DNA of 64,000 nt, taken from the NCBI RefSeq assembly GCF_036321535.1, contig NC_087436.1, positions 2,418,001 through 2,482,000 of the forward strand, written 5' to 3'. The notes beneath the pieces were generated by a model that worked only from the letters and a program-made list of their open reading frames with translations, was not told the origin of the DNA and searched no databases. The translations under genes and the position numbers were made by a program. Position 1 is the first letter of the stretch. Each line of letters begins with the position of its first letter. The stretch is from Camelus dromedarius (lineage: Eukaryota). Of this stretch, positions 12,340 through 24,628 are shown in pieces.

Positions 12340-14530
12340 TGAAAAGAAACTTTGTGTTCCCAACAAGCTAGGTGAAGGGCGGCATTCACACACACTTATC
12401 TCTCAGAAATGAGCATGTGGAGAGACTTTCATTCATCTAACACAAAGGGAACGGGTGGCAGGAGAAACTATTACTCTGGTTTCTCAGTCTGTTTCCTACT
12501 GCCGGTTTGAAGTTCCTGCAGTTTTCACTGTAAAACCGAGTTGGAGCTAGTACCACCCCATATATATGTATGGAGTGGAGTTGCAAGTGAAAAGAAACTT
12601 TGTGTTCCCAAGAAACTAAGTGAAGGACGGCTTTCAAATACACTTATCTCTCAGAACTGAGCATGTGGAGAGACTTTCGTTCATCTAGCACAATGGGAAC
12701 GGGATGCAGGAGAATATTTTACTCTTTTTTCTCAGTATGTTTCCTAGTGCCGGTTTGAAGTTCCTGCAGTTTTCACTGTAAAACCGAGTTGGGGCTACTT
12801 CCTCCCCATATATATGTATGGAGTGGAGTTTGCAACTGAAAAGAACCTTTGTGTTCCCAACAAGATAGCTGAAGGACGGCTTTCACACACACTTATCTCT
12901 CAGAACTGAGCATGTGGAGAGACGATCGTTCATCTAGCACAAAGGGAACGGGTTGCAGGAGAAACTTTCTCTGGTTTCTCCGTCTGTTTCCTGTTGCCGG
13001 TATAAAGTTCCTGCACTTTTCACTGTAAAACCGAGTTGGAGCTTGTATCTCCCCATATATATGTATGGAGTGGAGTTTGCAACTGAAATCAAACTTTGTG
13101 TTCCCAAGAAGCTAGGTGAAGGACGGCTTTCACACACACTTATCTCTCAGAACTCAGCATGTGGAGAGACGTTCGTTCATCTAGCACAAAGGAACGGGTT
13201 GCAGGAGAAACTTTTACTCTGTTTTCACAGTCTGTTTCCTAGTGTCGGTTTGAAGTTCCTGCAGTTTTCACTGTAAAACAGAGTTGGAGCTAGTACCTCC
13301 CCATATATATGTATGGAGTGGAGTTTGCAACTTAAAAGAAAGTTTGTGTTCCCAACAAGCTAGGTGAAGGGCGGCTTTCACACACATTTATCTCTCAGAA
13401 CTGAGCATGTGGAGAGACGTTCGTTCATCTAGCAAAAAGGGAACGGGTTGCAGGAGAAACTTTTACTCTGGTTTCTCAGTCTGTTTCCTAGTGCCGGTTT
13501 GAAGTTCCTGCTTTTTTCACTGTAAAAAATCTTTGGAGCTAGTACATACCCATATATATGTATGGAGTGGAGTTTGAAACTGAAAATAATCTTTGTGTTC
13601 CCAACAAGCTAGGTGAAGGGCGGCTTTCACAAACACTTATCTCTCAGAACTGAGCATGTGGAGAGACTTTCATTCATCTAACACAAAGGGAACGGGTTGC
13701 AGGAGAAACTATTACTCTGGTTTCTCAGTCTGTTTCCTACTGCCGGTTTGAAGTTCCTGCAGTTTTCACTGTAAAACCGAGTTGGAGCTAGTACCACCCC
13801 ATATATATGTATGGAGTGGAGTTGCAAGTAAAAAGAAACTTTGTGTTCCAAAGAAAATAAGTGAAGGACGGCTTTCAAATACACTTATCTCTCAGAACTG
13901 AGCATGTGGAGAGACTTTCGTTCATCTAGCACAATGGGAACGGGATGCAGGAGAATATTTTACTCTGCTTTCTCAGTATGTTTCCTAGTGCCGGTTTGAA
14001 GTTCCTGCAGTTTTCACTGTAAAACCGAGTTGGGGCTACTTCCTCCCCATATATATGTATGGAGTGGAGTTTGCAACTGAAAAGAACCTTTGTGTTCCCA
14101 ACAAAATAGCTGAAGGACGGCTTTCACACACACTTATCTCTGAGAACTGAGCATGTGGAGAGACGATCGTTCATCTAGCACAAAGGGAACGGGTTGCAGG
14201 AGAAACTTTCTCTGGATTCTCCGTCTGTTTCCTGTTGCCGGTATAAAGTTCCTGCACTTTTCACTGTAAAACCGAGTTGGAGCTTGTATCTCCCCATATA
14301 TATGTATGGAGTGGAGTTTGCAACTGAAAGGAACTTTGTGTTCCCAAGAAGCTAGGTGAAGGACGGCTTTCACACACACTTATCTCTCAGAACTGAGCCT
14401 GTGGAGAGACGTTCGTTCATCTAGCACAAAGGAACGGGTTGCAGGAGAAACTTTTACTCTGTTTTCACAGTCTGTTTCCTAGTGTCGGTTTTAAGTTCCT
14501 GCAGTTTTCACTGTAAAACCGAGTTGGAGC
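12340..14530. repeat. Slightly diverged duplication at 5-monomer spacing (period ~1241 bp)
   Basis: Similar, non-identical ORFs at 12437 and 13678. Shared variants TTCATTCATCTAAC, GAAACTATTAC, GACGATCG and TTTTCACAG. Confidence 0.8.
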
Positions 14531-14714
14531 TTGTACCTCCCCATATATATGTATGGAGTGGAGTTTGCAACTGAAAAGGAACCTTGTGTTCACAACAAGC
14601 TAGGTGGAGGTATGCTTTCACACACACTTATCTCTCTGAACTGAGCATGTTGTGAGACGTTCGTTCATCTAGCACAAAAGGAACTGGTTGCAGGAGAAAC
14701 TTTAACTCTGGTTT

Positions 14715-17692
14715 CTCAGTCTGTTTTCTAGGGCCGGTTTGAAGATCCTGCAGTTTTCACTGTAAAACCGAGTTATAGCTTGTACCTCCCCATATATTTT
14801 TATGCAGTGGAGTTTGCAACTGAAAAGAAAGTTTGTGTTCCCAACAAGCTAGGTGAAGGACGGCTTTCACACACACTTATCTCTCAGAACTGAGCATGTG
14901 GAGAGACTTTCGTTCATCTAGCACAAAGGGAACGGGTTGCAGGAGAAACTTTTACTCTGGTTTCTCAGTCTGTTTCCTAGTGCCGGTTTGAAGTTCCTGC
15001 AGTTTTCACTGTAAAACCGAGTTGGAGTTAGTACTTCCCCATATACATGTATGGAGTGGAGTTTGCAAGTGAAAAGAAACTTTGTGTTCCCAAGAAGCTA
15101 GGTGAAGTACGGCTTTCACACACACTTATCTCTCAGAACTGAGCATGTGGAGAGACGTTCGTTCATCTACCACAAATGGAACGGGTTGCAGGAGAAAATT
15201 TTACTCTGGTTTCTCAGTCTTTTTCCTAGTGCCGGTTTGAAGTTCCTACAGTTTTCACTGTAAAACCGAGTTGGGCTACTACCTCCCCATATATATGTAT
15301 GGAGTGGAGTTTGCAACTGAATAGAAACTTTGTGTTCCCTACAAGCTAGGTGAAGGACGGCTTTCACACACACTAATGTCTCAGAACTGGGCAATTAGAG
15401 AGACATTCGTTCATCTAGCACAAAGGGAACGGGTTGCAGGAGAAACTTTTTCTCTGGTATCTCAGTCTGTTTCCTGTTGCCGGTAAAATGTTCCTGCAGT
15501 TTTCACTGTAAAACCGAGTTGGAGCTTGTATCTCCTCATATATATGTATGGTGTGGAGTTTGCAACTGAAAGGAACTTTGTGTTCCCAAGAAGCTAGGTG
15601 AAGGACGGCTTTCACACACACTTATCTCTCAGAACTGAGCATGTGGAGAGACGTTCGTTCATCTAGCACAAATGGAACGGGTTGCATGAGAAAATATTAC
15701 TCTGGTATCTCAGTCTGTTTCCTAGTGCCGGTTTGAATTTCCTGCAGTTTTCACTGTAAAAACGAGTTGGGGCTACTACCTCCCGATATATATGTATGGA
15801 GTGGAGTTTGCAACTGAATAGAAACTTTGTGTTCCCAACAAGCTAGGTGAAGGACGGCTTTCACACACACTAATCTCTCAGAACTGGGCAAGTGGAGAGA
15901 CATTCGTTCATCTAGCACAAAGGGAACGGATTGCAGGTGAAACTTTTTCTCTGGTTTCTCAGTCTGTTTCCTGTTGCCGGTATAAAGTTCCTGCAGTTTT
16001 CACATTAAAACCGAGTTGGAGCTTGTTTCTCCCCATATATATGTATGGAGTGGAGTTTGCAACTGAAAGGAACTTTGTGTTCCCAAGAAGCTAGGTGAAG
16101 GACGGCTTTCACACACACTTATCTCTCAGAACTGAGCATGTGGAGAGACTTTCGTTCATGTAGCACAAAGGGAACTTGTTGCAGGAGAAACTTTTACTCT
16201 GGATTCTCAGTCTGTTTTCTAGGGCCGGTTTGAAGATCCTGCAGTTTTCACTGTAAAACCGAGTTATAGCTAGTACCTCCCCATATATATTTATGGAGTG
16301 GAATTTGCAACTGAAAAGAAAGTTTGTGTTCCCAACAAGCTAGGTGAAGGACGGCTTTCACACACACTTATCTCTCAGAACTGAGCATGTGGAGAGACGT
16401 TCGTTCATCTAGCACAAAGGGAACGGGTTGCAGGAGAAACTTTTACTCTGGTTTCTCAGTCTGTTTCCTAATGCCGTTTTGAAGTTCCTGCAGTTTTCAC
16501 TGTAAAACCGAGTTGGAGTTAATACCTCCCCATATATATGTATGGAGTGGAGTTTGCAAGTGAAAAGAAACTTTGTGTTCCCAAGAAGCTAGGTGAAGTA
16601 CGGCTTTCACACACACTTATCTCTCAGAACTGAGCATTTGGAGAGACGTTCGTTCATCTACCACAAATGGAACGGGTTGCAGGAGAAAATTTTACTCTGG
16701 TTTCTCAGTCTGTTTCCTAGTGCCGGTTTGAAGTTCCTGCAGTTTTCACTGTAAAACCGAGTTGGGGCTACTACCTCCCCATATATATGTATGGAGTGGA
16801 GTTTGCAACTGAATAGAAACTTTGTGTTCCCTACAAGCTAGGTGAAGGACGGCTTTCACACACACTAATCTCTCAGAACTGGGCAATTAGAGAGACATAC
16901 GTTCATCTAGCACAAAGGGAACGGGTTGCAGGAGAAACTTTTTCTCTGGTTTCTCAGTCTGTTTCCTGTTGCCGGTAAAAAGTTCCTGTAGTTTTCACTG
17001 TAAAACCGAGTTGGAGCTTGTATCTCCCCATATATATGTATGGTGTGGAGTTTGCAACTGAAAGGAACTTTGTGTTCCCAAGAAGCTAGGTGAAGGACGG
17101 CTTTCACACACACTTATCTCTCAGAACTGAGCATGTGGAGAGACGTTCGTTCATCTAGCACAAATGGAACGGGTTGCAGGAGAAAATATTACTCTGGTAT
17201 CTCAGTCTGTTTCCTAGTGCCGGTTTGAGTTCCTGCAGTTTTCACTGTAAAAACGAGTTGGGGCTACTACCTCCCGGTATATATGTATGGAGTGGAGTTT
17301 GCAACTGAATAGAAACTTTGTGTTCCCAACAAGCTAGGTGAAGGACGGCTTTCACACACACTAATCTCTCAGAACTGGGCAAGTGGAGAGTCATTCGTTC
17401 ATCTAGCACAAAGGGAACGGATTGCAGGTGAAACTTTTTCTCTGGTTTCTCAGTCTGTTTACTGTTGCCGGTATAAAGTTCCTGCAGTTTTCACTGTAAA
17501 ACCGAGTTGGAGCTTGTATCTCCCCATATATATGTATGGAGTGGAGTTTGCAACTGAAAGGAACTTTGTGTTCCCAAGAAGCTAGGTGAAGGACGGCTTT
17601 CACACACACTTATCTCTCAGAACTGAGCATGTGGAGAGACTTTCGTTCATCTAGCACAAAGGGAACTTGTTGCAGGAGAAACTTTTACTCTG
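14715..17692. repeat. Slightly diverged 6-monomer tandem duplication (period ~1491-1492 bp)
   Basis: Similar ORFs at 15415 and 16907. Shared variants TTTTCTAGGGCC, GAGTTATAGC, GGGCAATTAGAG, GCAGGTGAAAC and GGAACTTGTTG. Confidence 0.85.
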
Positions 17693-18073
17693 GTTTCTCA
17701 GTATGTTTCCTAGTGCCGGTTTGAAGATCCTGCAGATTTCACTGTAAAACCGAGTTGGAGCTAGTACCTCCGCATATATATTTATGGAGAGGAGTTTGCA
17801 ACTTAAAAGAAATATTGTTCCCAACAAGCGAGGTGAAGGACGGCTTTCACACACAATTATCTCTCAGAACTGAACATGTGGAGAGACGTTCGTTCACCTA
17901 GCAAAAAGGGAACGGATTGCAGGAGAAACTTTTACTCATTTTTCTCAGTCTGTTTCCTAGTGCTGTTTGGAACTTCCTGCAGTTTTCACTGTTAAACCCA
18001 GTTGGAGCTTGTATCTCCCCATATAAATGTATGGAGTGCAGTTTGCAAGTGAAAGGAACTTTGTGTTCCCAAG

Positions 18074-21000
18074 AAGCTAGGTGAAGGACGGCTTTCACAC
18101 ACACTTATCTCTCAGAACTGAGCATGTGGAGAGACGTTCGTTCATCTAGCACAAAGGGAACGGGTTGCAGGAGAAACTTTTACTCTGGTTTCTCAGTATG
18201 TTTCCTAGTGCCGGTTTGAAGTTCCTGCAGATTTCACTGTAAAACCGAGTTGGAGCTAGTACCTCCGAATATATATTTATGGAGTGGAGTTTGCAACTTA
18301 AAAGAAACTTTGTTCCCAACAAGCTAGGTGAAGGACGGCTTTCACACACACTTATCTCTCAGAACTGTACATGTGGAGAGACTTTCGTTCATTTAGCACA
18401 AAGGGAATGGGTTGCAGTAGAAACTTTTACTCTGGTTTTTCAGTATGTTTCCTAGTGCCGGTTTGAAGTTCCTGCAGTTTTCACTGTAAAAATGAGTTGG
18501 AGATAGTACCTCCCCATATATATATATGGAGTGGGTTTTGCAAGTGAAAATAAACTTTGTGTTCCCAACAAGCTAGGTGAAGGACGGCTTTCACACACAC
18601 TTATCTCTCAGAACTGAGCATGTGGAGAGACGTTCGTTCATCTAGCACAAAGGGAACGGGTTGCAGGAGAAACTTTTACTCATTATTCTCAGTCTCTTTC
18701 CTAGTGCTGGTTTGAACTTCCTGCAGTTTTCACTGTAAAAGCGAGTTAGAGCTAGTACCTCCCCATATATATGTATGGAGTGGAGTTTGCAACTGAAAAG
18801 AAACTTTGTGTTCCCAACAAGCTAGGTGAAGTACGGCTTTCACACACACTTATCTCTCAGAAATAAGCATGTGGAGAGACGTTCGTTCATCTAGCACAAA
18901 GGGAACGGGTTGCAGGAGAAACTTTTACTCTGGTTTATCAGTCTGTTTACTAGTGCCGTTTTGAAGTTCCTGCAGTTTTCACTGTAAAACCGAGTTGGAG
19001 CTAGTACATCCCCATATATATGTATGGAGTGGAGTTTGCAACTGAAAAGAAACTTTGTGTTCCCAACAATCTAGGTGAAGGACGGCTTTCACACACACTT
19101 ATCGCTCAGAACTGAGCATGTGGAGAGACGTTCGTTCATCTAGCACAAAGGGAACGGGTTACAGGAAAACTTTTACTCTGTTTTATCAGTCTGTTTCCTG
19201 TTGCCGGATTGAAGTTCCTGCAGTTTTCACTGTAAAACCGAGTTGGAGCTAGTAATTCCCCATATATATGTATGGAGTGGAGTTTGAACTGAAAAGAAAC
19301 TTTGTGTTCCCAACAAGCAAGGTGAAGGACGGCTTTCACACACACTTATCTCTCAGAATTGATCATGTGGAGGGACTTTCGTTCATCTAGCACAAAGGGA
19401 ACGGGTTGCAGGAGAAACTTTTACTCTGTTTTCTCAGTCTGTTTCCAAGTGCCGGTTTGAAGTTCCTGCAGTTTTTAGTGTAAACAGAGTTGGATCTAGT
19501 ACCTCCCCATATATATGTATGGAGTGGATTTTGCAACTGAAAAGAACCTTTGTGTTCCCAACAAGATAGCTGAAGGACGGCTTTCACACACACTTATCTC
19601 TCAGAACTGAGCATGTGGAGAGACGTTCGTTCATCTAGCACAAAGGGAACGGGTTGCAGGAGAAACTTTTACTCTGGATTCTCAGTCTGATTCCTAGTGC
19701 CGGTTTGATGTTCCTGCAGTTTTCAATGTAAAACCGAGTTGAAGCTAGTACCTACCCATATATATGTATGGAGTGGAGTTTGCAACTGAAAGGAACTTTG
19801 TGTTCAAAAGAGCTAGGTGAAGAACGGCTTTCACACACACTTATCTCTCAGAACTGAGCATGTGGAATGACGTCCGTTCATCTAGCACAAAAGGAACGGG
19901 TTGCAGGAGAAACTTTTACTCTGGTTTCTCAGTCTGTTTCCTACTGCCGGTTTGAAGTTCCTGCAGTTTTCACTGTAAAACCGAGTTGGAGCTAGTACCT
20001 CCCCATAGATATGTATGGAGTGGAGATTGCAACTAAAAAGAAACTTTGTTTTCCCAACAAGTTAGGTGAAGGACGGCTTTCACACACACTTATCTCTCAG
20101 AACTGAGCATGTGGAGAGACGTTCGTTCAACTAGCAAAAATGGAACGGGTTGCAGGAGAAATTATACTCTGGTTTCTCAGACTGTTTCCTAGTGCCGGTT
20201 TGAAGTTCCTGCTTTTTTCACTGTAAAAACTCTTTGGAGCTAGTACATACCCATATATATGTATGGAGTGGAGTTTGAAACTGAAAAGAATCTTTGTGTT
20301 CCCAACAAGCTAGGTGAAGTGCGGCTTTCACACACACTTATCTCTCAGAACTGAGCATGTGGAGAGACTTTCATTCATCTAACACAAAGGGAACGGGTTG
20401 CAGGAGAAACTATTACTCTGGTTTCTCAGTATGTTTCCTAGTGCCGGTTTGAAGTTCCTGCAGTTTTCACTGTAAAACCGAGTTGGGGCTACTTCCTCCC
20501 CATATATATGTATGGAGTGGAGTTTGCAACTGAAAAGAACCTTTGTGTTGCCAACAAGATAGCTGAAGGACAGCTTTCACACACACATATCTCTCAGATC
20601 TGAGCATGTGGAGAGACGTTCGTTCATCTAGCACAAAGGGAACGGGTTGCAGGAGAAACTTTTTCTGCTTTCTCCGTCTGTTTCCTGTTGCCGGTATAAA
20701 GTTCCTGCACTTTTCACTGTAAAACCGAGTTGGAGCTTGTATCTCCCCATATATATGTATGGAGTGGAGTTTGCAACTGAAAGGAACTTTGTGTTCCCAA
20801 GAAGCTAGGTGAAGGACGGCTTTCACACACACTTATCTCTCAGAACTGAGCATGTGGAGAGACGTTCGTTCATCTAGCACAAAGGAACGGGTTGCAGGAG
20901 AAACTTTTACTCTGTTTTCACAGTCTGTTTCCTAGTGTCGGTTTCAAGTTCCTGCAGTTTTCACTGTAAAACCGAGTTGGAGCTAGTACCTCCCCATATA

Positions 21001-24000
21001 TATGTATGGAGTGGAGTTTGCAACTGAAAAGGAACCTTGTGTTCCCAACAAGCTAGGTGAAGGTCGGCTTTCACACACACTTATCTCTCAGAACTGAGCA
21101 TGTTGTGAGACGTTCGTTCATCTAGCACAAAAGGAACTGGTTGCAGGAGAAACTTTTACTCTGGTTTCTCAGTCTGTTTTCTAAGGCCGGTTTGAAGATC
21201 CTGCAGTTTTCACTGTAAAACCGAGTTATAGCTAGTACCTCCCCATATATATTTATGGAGTGGAGTTTGCAACTGAAAAGAAAGTTTGTGTTCCCAACAA
21301 GCTAGGTGAAGGACGGCTTTCACACACACTTATCTCTCAGAACTGAGCATGTGGAGAGACGTTCGTTCATCTAGCACAAAGGGAACGGGTTGCAGGAGAA
21401 ACTTTTACTCTGGTTTCTCAGTATGTTTCCTAGTGCCGGTTTGAAGTTCCTGCAGATTTCACTGTAAAACCGAGTTGGAGCTAGTACCTCCGAATATATA
21501 TTTATGGAGTGGAGTTTGCAACTTAAAAGAAACTTTGTTCCCAACAAGCTAGGTGAAGGACGGCTTTCACACACACTTATCTCTCAGAACTGTACATGTG
21601 GAGAGACTTTCGTTCATTTAGCACAAAGGGAATGGGTTGCAGTAGAAAATTTTACTCTGGTTTTTCAGTATGTTTCCTAGTGCCGGTTTGAAGTTCCTGC
21701 AGTTTTCACTGTAAAAATGAGTTGGAGATAGTACCTCCCCATATATATATATGGAGTGGGTTTTGCAAGTGAAAATAAACTTTGTGTTCCCAACAAGCTA
21801 GGTGAAGGACGGCTTTCACACACACTTATCTCTCAGAACTGAGCATGTGGAGAGACGTTCGTTCATCTAGCACAAAGGGAACGGGTTGCAGGAGAAACTT
21901 TTACTCATTATTCTCAGTCTCTTTCCTAGTGCTGGTTTGAACTTCCTGCAGTTTTCACTGTAAAAGCGAGTTAGAGCTAGTACCTCCCCATATATATGTA
22001 TGGAGTGGAGTTTGCAACTGAAAAGAAACTTTGTGTTCCCAACAAGCTAGGTGAAGTACGGCTTTCACACACACTTATCTCTCAGAAATAAGCATGTGGA
22101 GAGACGTTCGTTCATCTAGCACAAATGGAACGGGTTGCAGGAGAAACTTTTACTCTGGTTTATCAGTCTGTTTACTAGTGCCGTTTTGAAGTTCCTGCAG
22201 TTTTCACTGTAAAACCGAGTTGGAGCTAGTACATCCCCATATATATGTATGGAGTGGAGTTTGCAACTGAAAAGAAACTTTGTGTTCCCAACAATCTAGG
22301 TGAAGGACGGCTTTCACACACACTTATCGCTCAGAACTGAGCATGTGGAGAGACGTTCGTTCATCTAGCACAAAGGGAACGGGTTACAGGAAAACTTTTA
22401 CTCTGTTTTATCAGTCTGTTTCCTGTTGCCGGATTGAAGTTCCTGCAGTTTTCACTGTAAAACCGAGTTGGAGCTAGTAATTCCCCATATATATGTATGG
22501 AGTGGAGTTTGAACTGAAAAGAAACTTTGTGTTCCCAACAAGCAAGGTGAAGGACGGCTTTCACACACACTTATCTCTCAGAATTGATCATGTGGAGGGA
22601 CTTTCGTTCATCTAGCACAAAGGGAACGGGTTGCAGGAGAAACTTTTACTCTGTTTTCTCAGTCTGTTTCCAAGTGCCGGTTTGAAGTTCCTGCAGTTTT
22701 TAGTGTAAACAGAGTTGGATCTAGTACCTCCCCATATATATGTATGGAGTGGATTTTGCAACTGAAAAGAACCTTTGTGTTCCCAACAAGATAGCTGAAG
22801 GACGGCTTTCACACACACTTATCTCTCAGAACTGAGCATGTGGAGAGACGTTCGTTCATCTAGCACAAAGGGAACGGGTTGCAGGAGAAACTTTTACTCT
22901 GGATTCTCAGTCTGATTCCTAGTGCCGGTTTGATGTTCCTGCAGTTTTCAATGTAAAACCGAGTTGAAGCTAGTACCTACCCATATATATGTATGGAGTG
23001 GAGTTTGCAACTGAAAGGAACTTTGTGTTCAAAAGAGCTAGGTGAAGAACGGCTTTCACACACACTTATCTCTCAGAACTGAGCATGTGGAATGACGTCC
23101 GTTCATCTAGCACAAAAGGAACGGGTTGCAGGAGAAACTTTTACTCTGGATTCTCAGTCTGTTTCCTACTGCCGGTTTGAAGTTCCTGCAGTTTTCACTG
23201 TAAAACCGAGTTGGAGCTAGTACCTCCCCATAGATATGTATGGAGTGGAGATTGCAACTAAAAAGAAACTTTGTTTTCCCAACAAGTTAGGTGAAGGACG
23301 GCTTTCACACACACTTATCTCTCAGAACTGAGCATGTGGAGAGACGTTCGTTCAACTAGCAAAAATGGAACGGGTTGCAGGAGAAATTATACTCTGGTTT
23401 CTCAGACTGTTTCCTAGTGCCGGTTTGAAGTTCCTGCTTTTTTCACTGTAAAAACTCTTTGGAGCTAGTACATACCCATATATATGTATGGAGTGGAGTT
23501 TGAAACTGAAAAGAATCTTTGTGTTCCCAACAAGCTAGGTGAAGTGCGGCTTTCACACACACTTATCTCTCAGAACTGAGCATGTGGAGAGACTTTCATT
23601 CATCTAACACAAAGGGAACGGGTTGCAGGAGAAACTATTACTCTGGATTCTCAGTATGTTTCCTAGTGCCGGTTTGAAGTTCCTGCAGTTTTCACTGTAA
23701 AACCGAGTTGGGGCTACTTCCTCCCCATATATATGTATGGAGTGGAGTTTGCAACTGAAAAGAACCTTTGTGTTGCCAACAAGATAGCTGAAGGACAGCT
23801 TTCACACACACATATCTCTCAGATCTGAGCATGTGGAGAGACGTTCGTTCATCTAGCACAAAGGGAACGGGTTGCAGGAGAAACTTTTTCTGCTTTCTCC
23901 GTCTGTTTCCTGTTGCCGGTATAAAGTTCCTGCACTTTTCACTGTAAAACCGAGTTGGAGCTTGTATCTCCCCATATATATGTATGGAGTGGAGTTTGCA

Positions 24001-24628
24001 ACTGAAAGGAACTTTGTGTTCCCAAGAAGCTAGGTGAAGGACGGCTTTCACACACACTTATCTCTCAGAACTGAGCATGTGGAGAGACGTTCGTTCATCT
24101 AGCACAAAGGAACGGGTTGCAGGAGAAACTTTTACTCTGTTTTCACAGTCTGTTTCCTAGTGTCGGTTTCAAGTTCCTGCAGTTTTCACTGTAAAACCGA
24201 GTTGGAGCTAGTACCTCCCCATATATATGTATGCAGTGGAGTTTGCAACTGAAAAGGAACCTTGTGTTCCCAACAAGCTAGGTGAAGGTCGGCTTTCACA
24301 CACACTTATCTCTCAGAACTGAGCATGTTGTGAGACGTTCGTTCATCTAGCACAAAAGGAACTGGTTGCAGGAGAAACTTTTACTCTGGTTTCTCAGTCT
24401 GTTTTCTAAGGCCGGTTTGAAGATCCTGCAGTTTTCACTGTAAAACCGAGTTATAGCTAGTACCTCCCCATATATATTTATGGAGTGGAGTTTGCAACTG
24501 AAAAGAAAGTTTGTGTTCCCAACAAGCTAGGTGAAGGACGGCTTTCACACACACTTATCTCTCAGAACTGAGCATGTGGAGAGACGTTCGTTCATCTAGC
24601 ACAAAGGGAACGGGTTGCAGGAGAAACT
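18074..24628. repeat. 13-monomer tandem duplication (period 3225 bp), two near-identical copies
   Basis: Four identical ORF pairs all offset by 3225 (18146/21371, 19136/22361, 19387/22612, 20467/23692). I spotted only about five substitutions between the copies. Confidence 0.95.
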
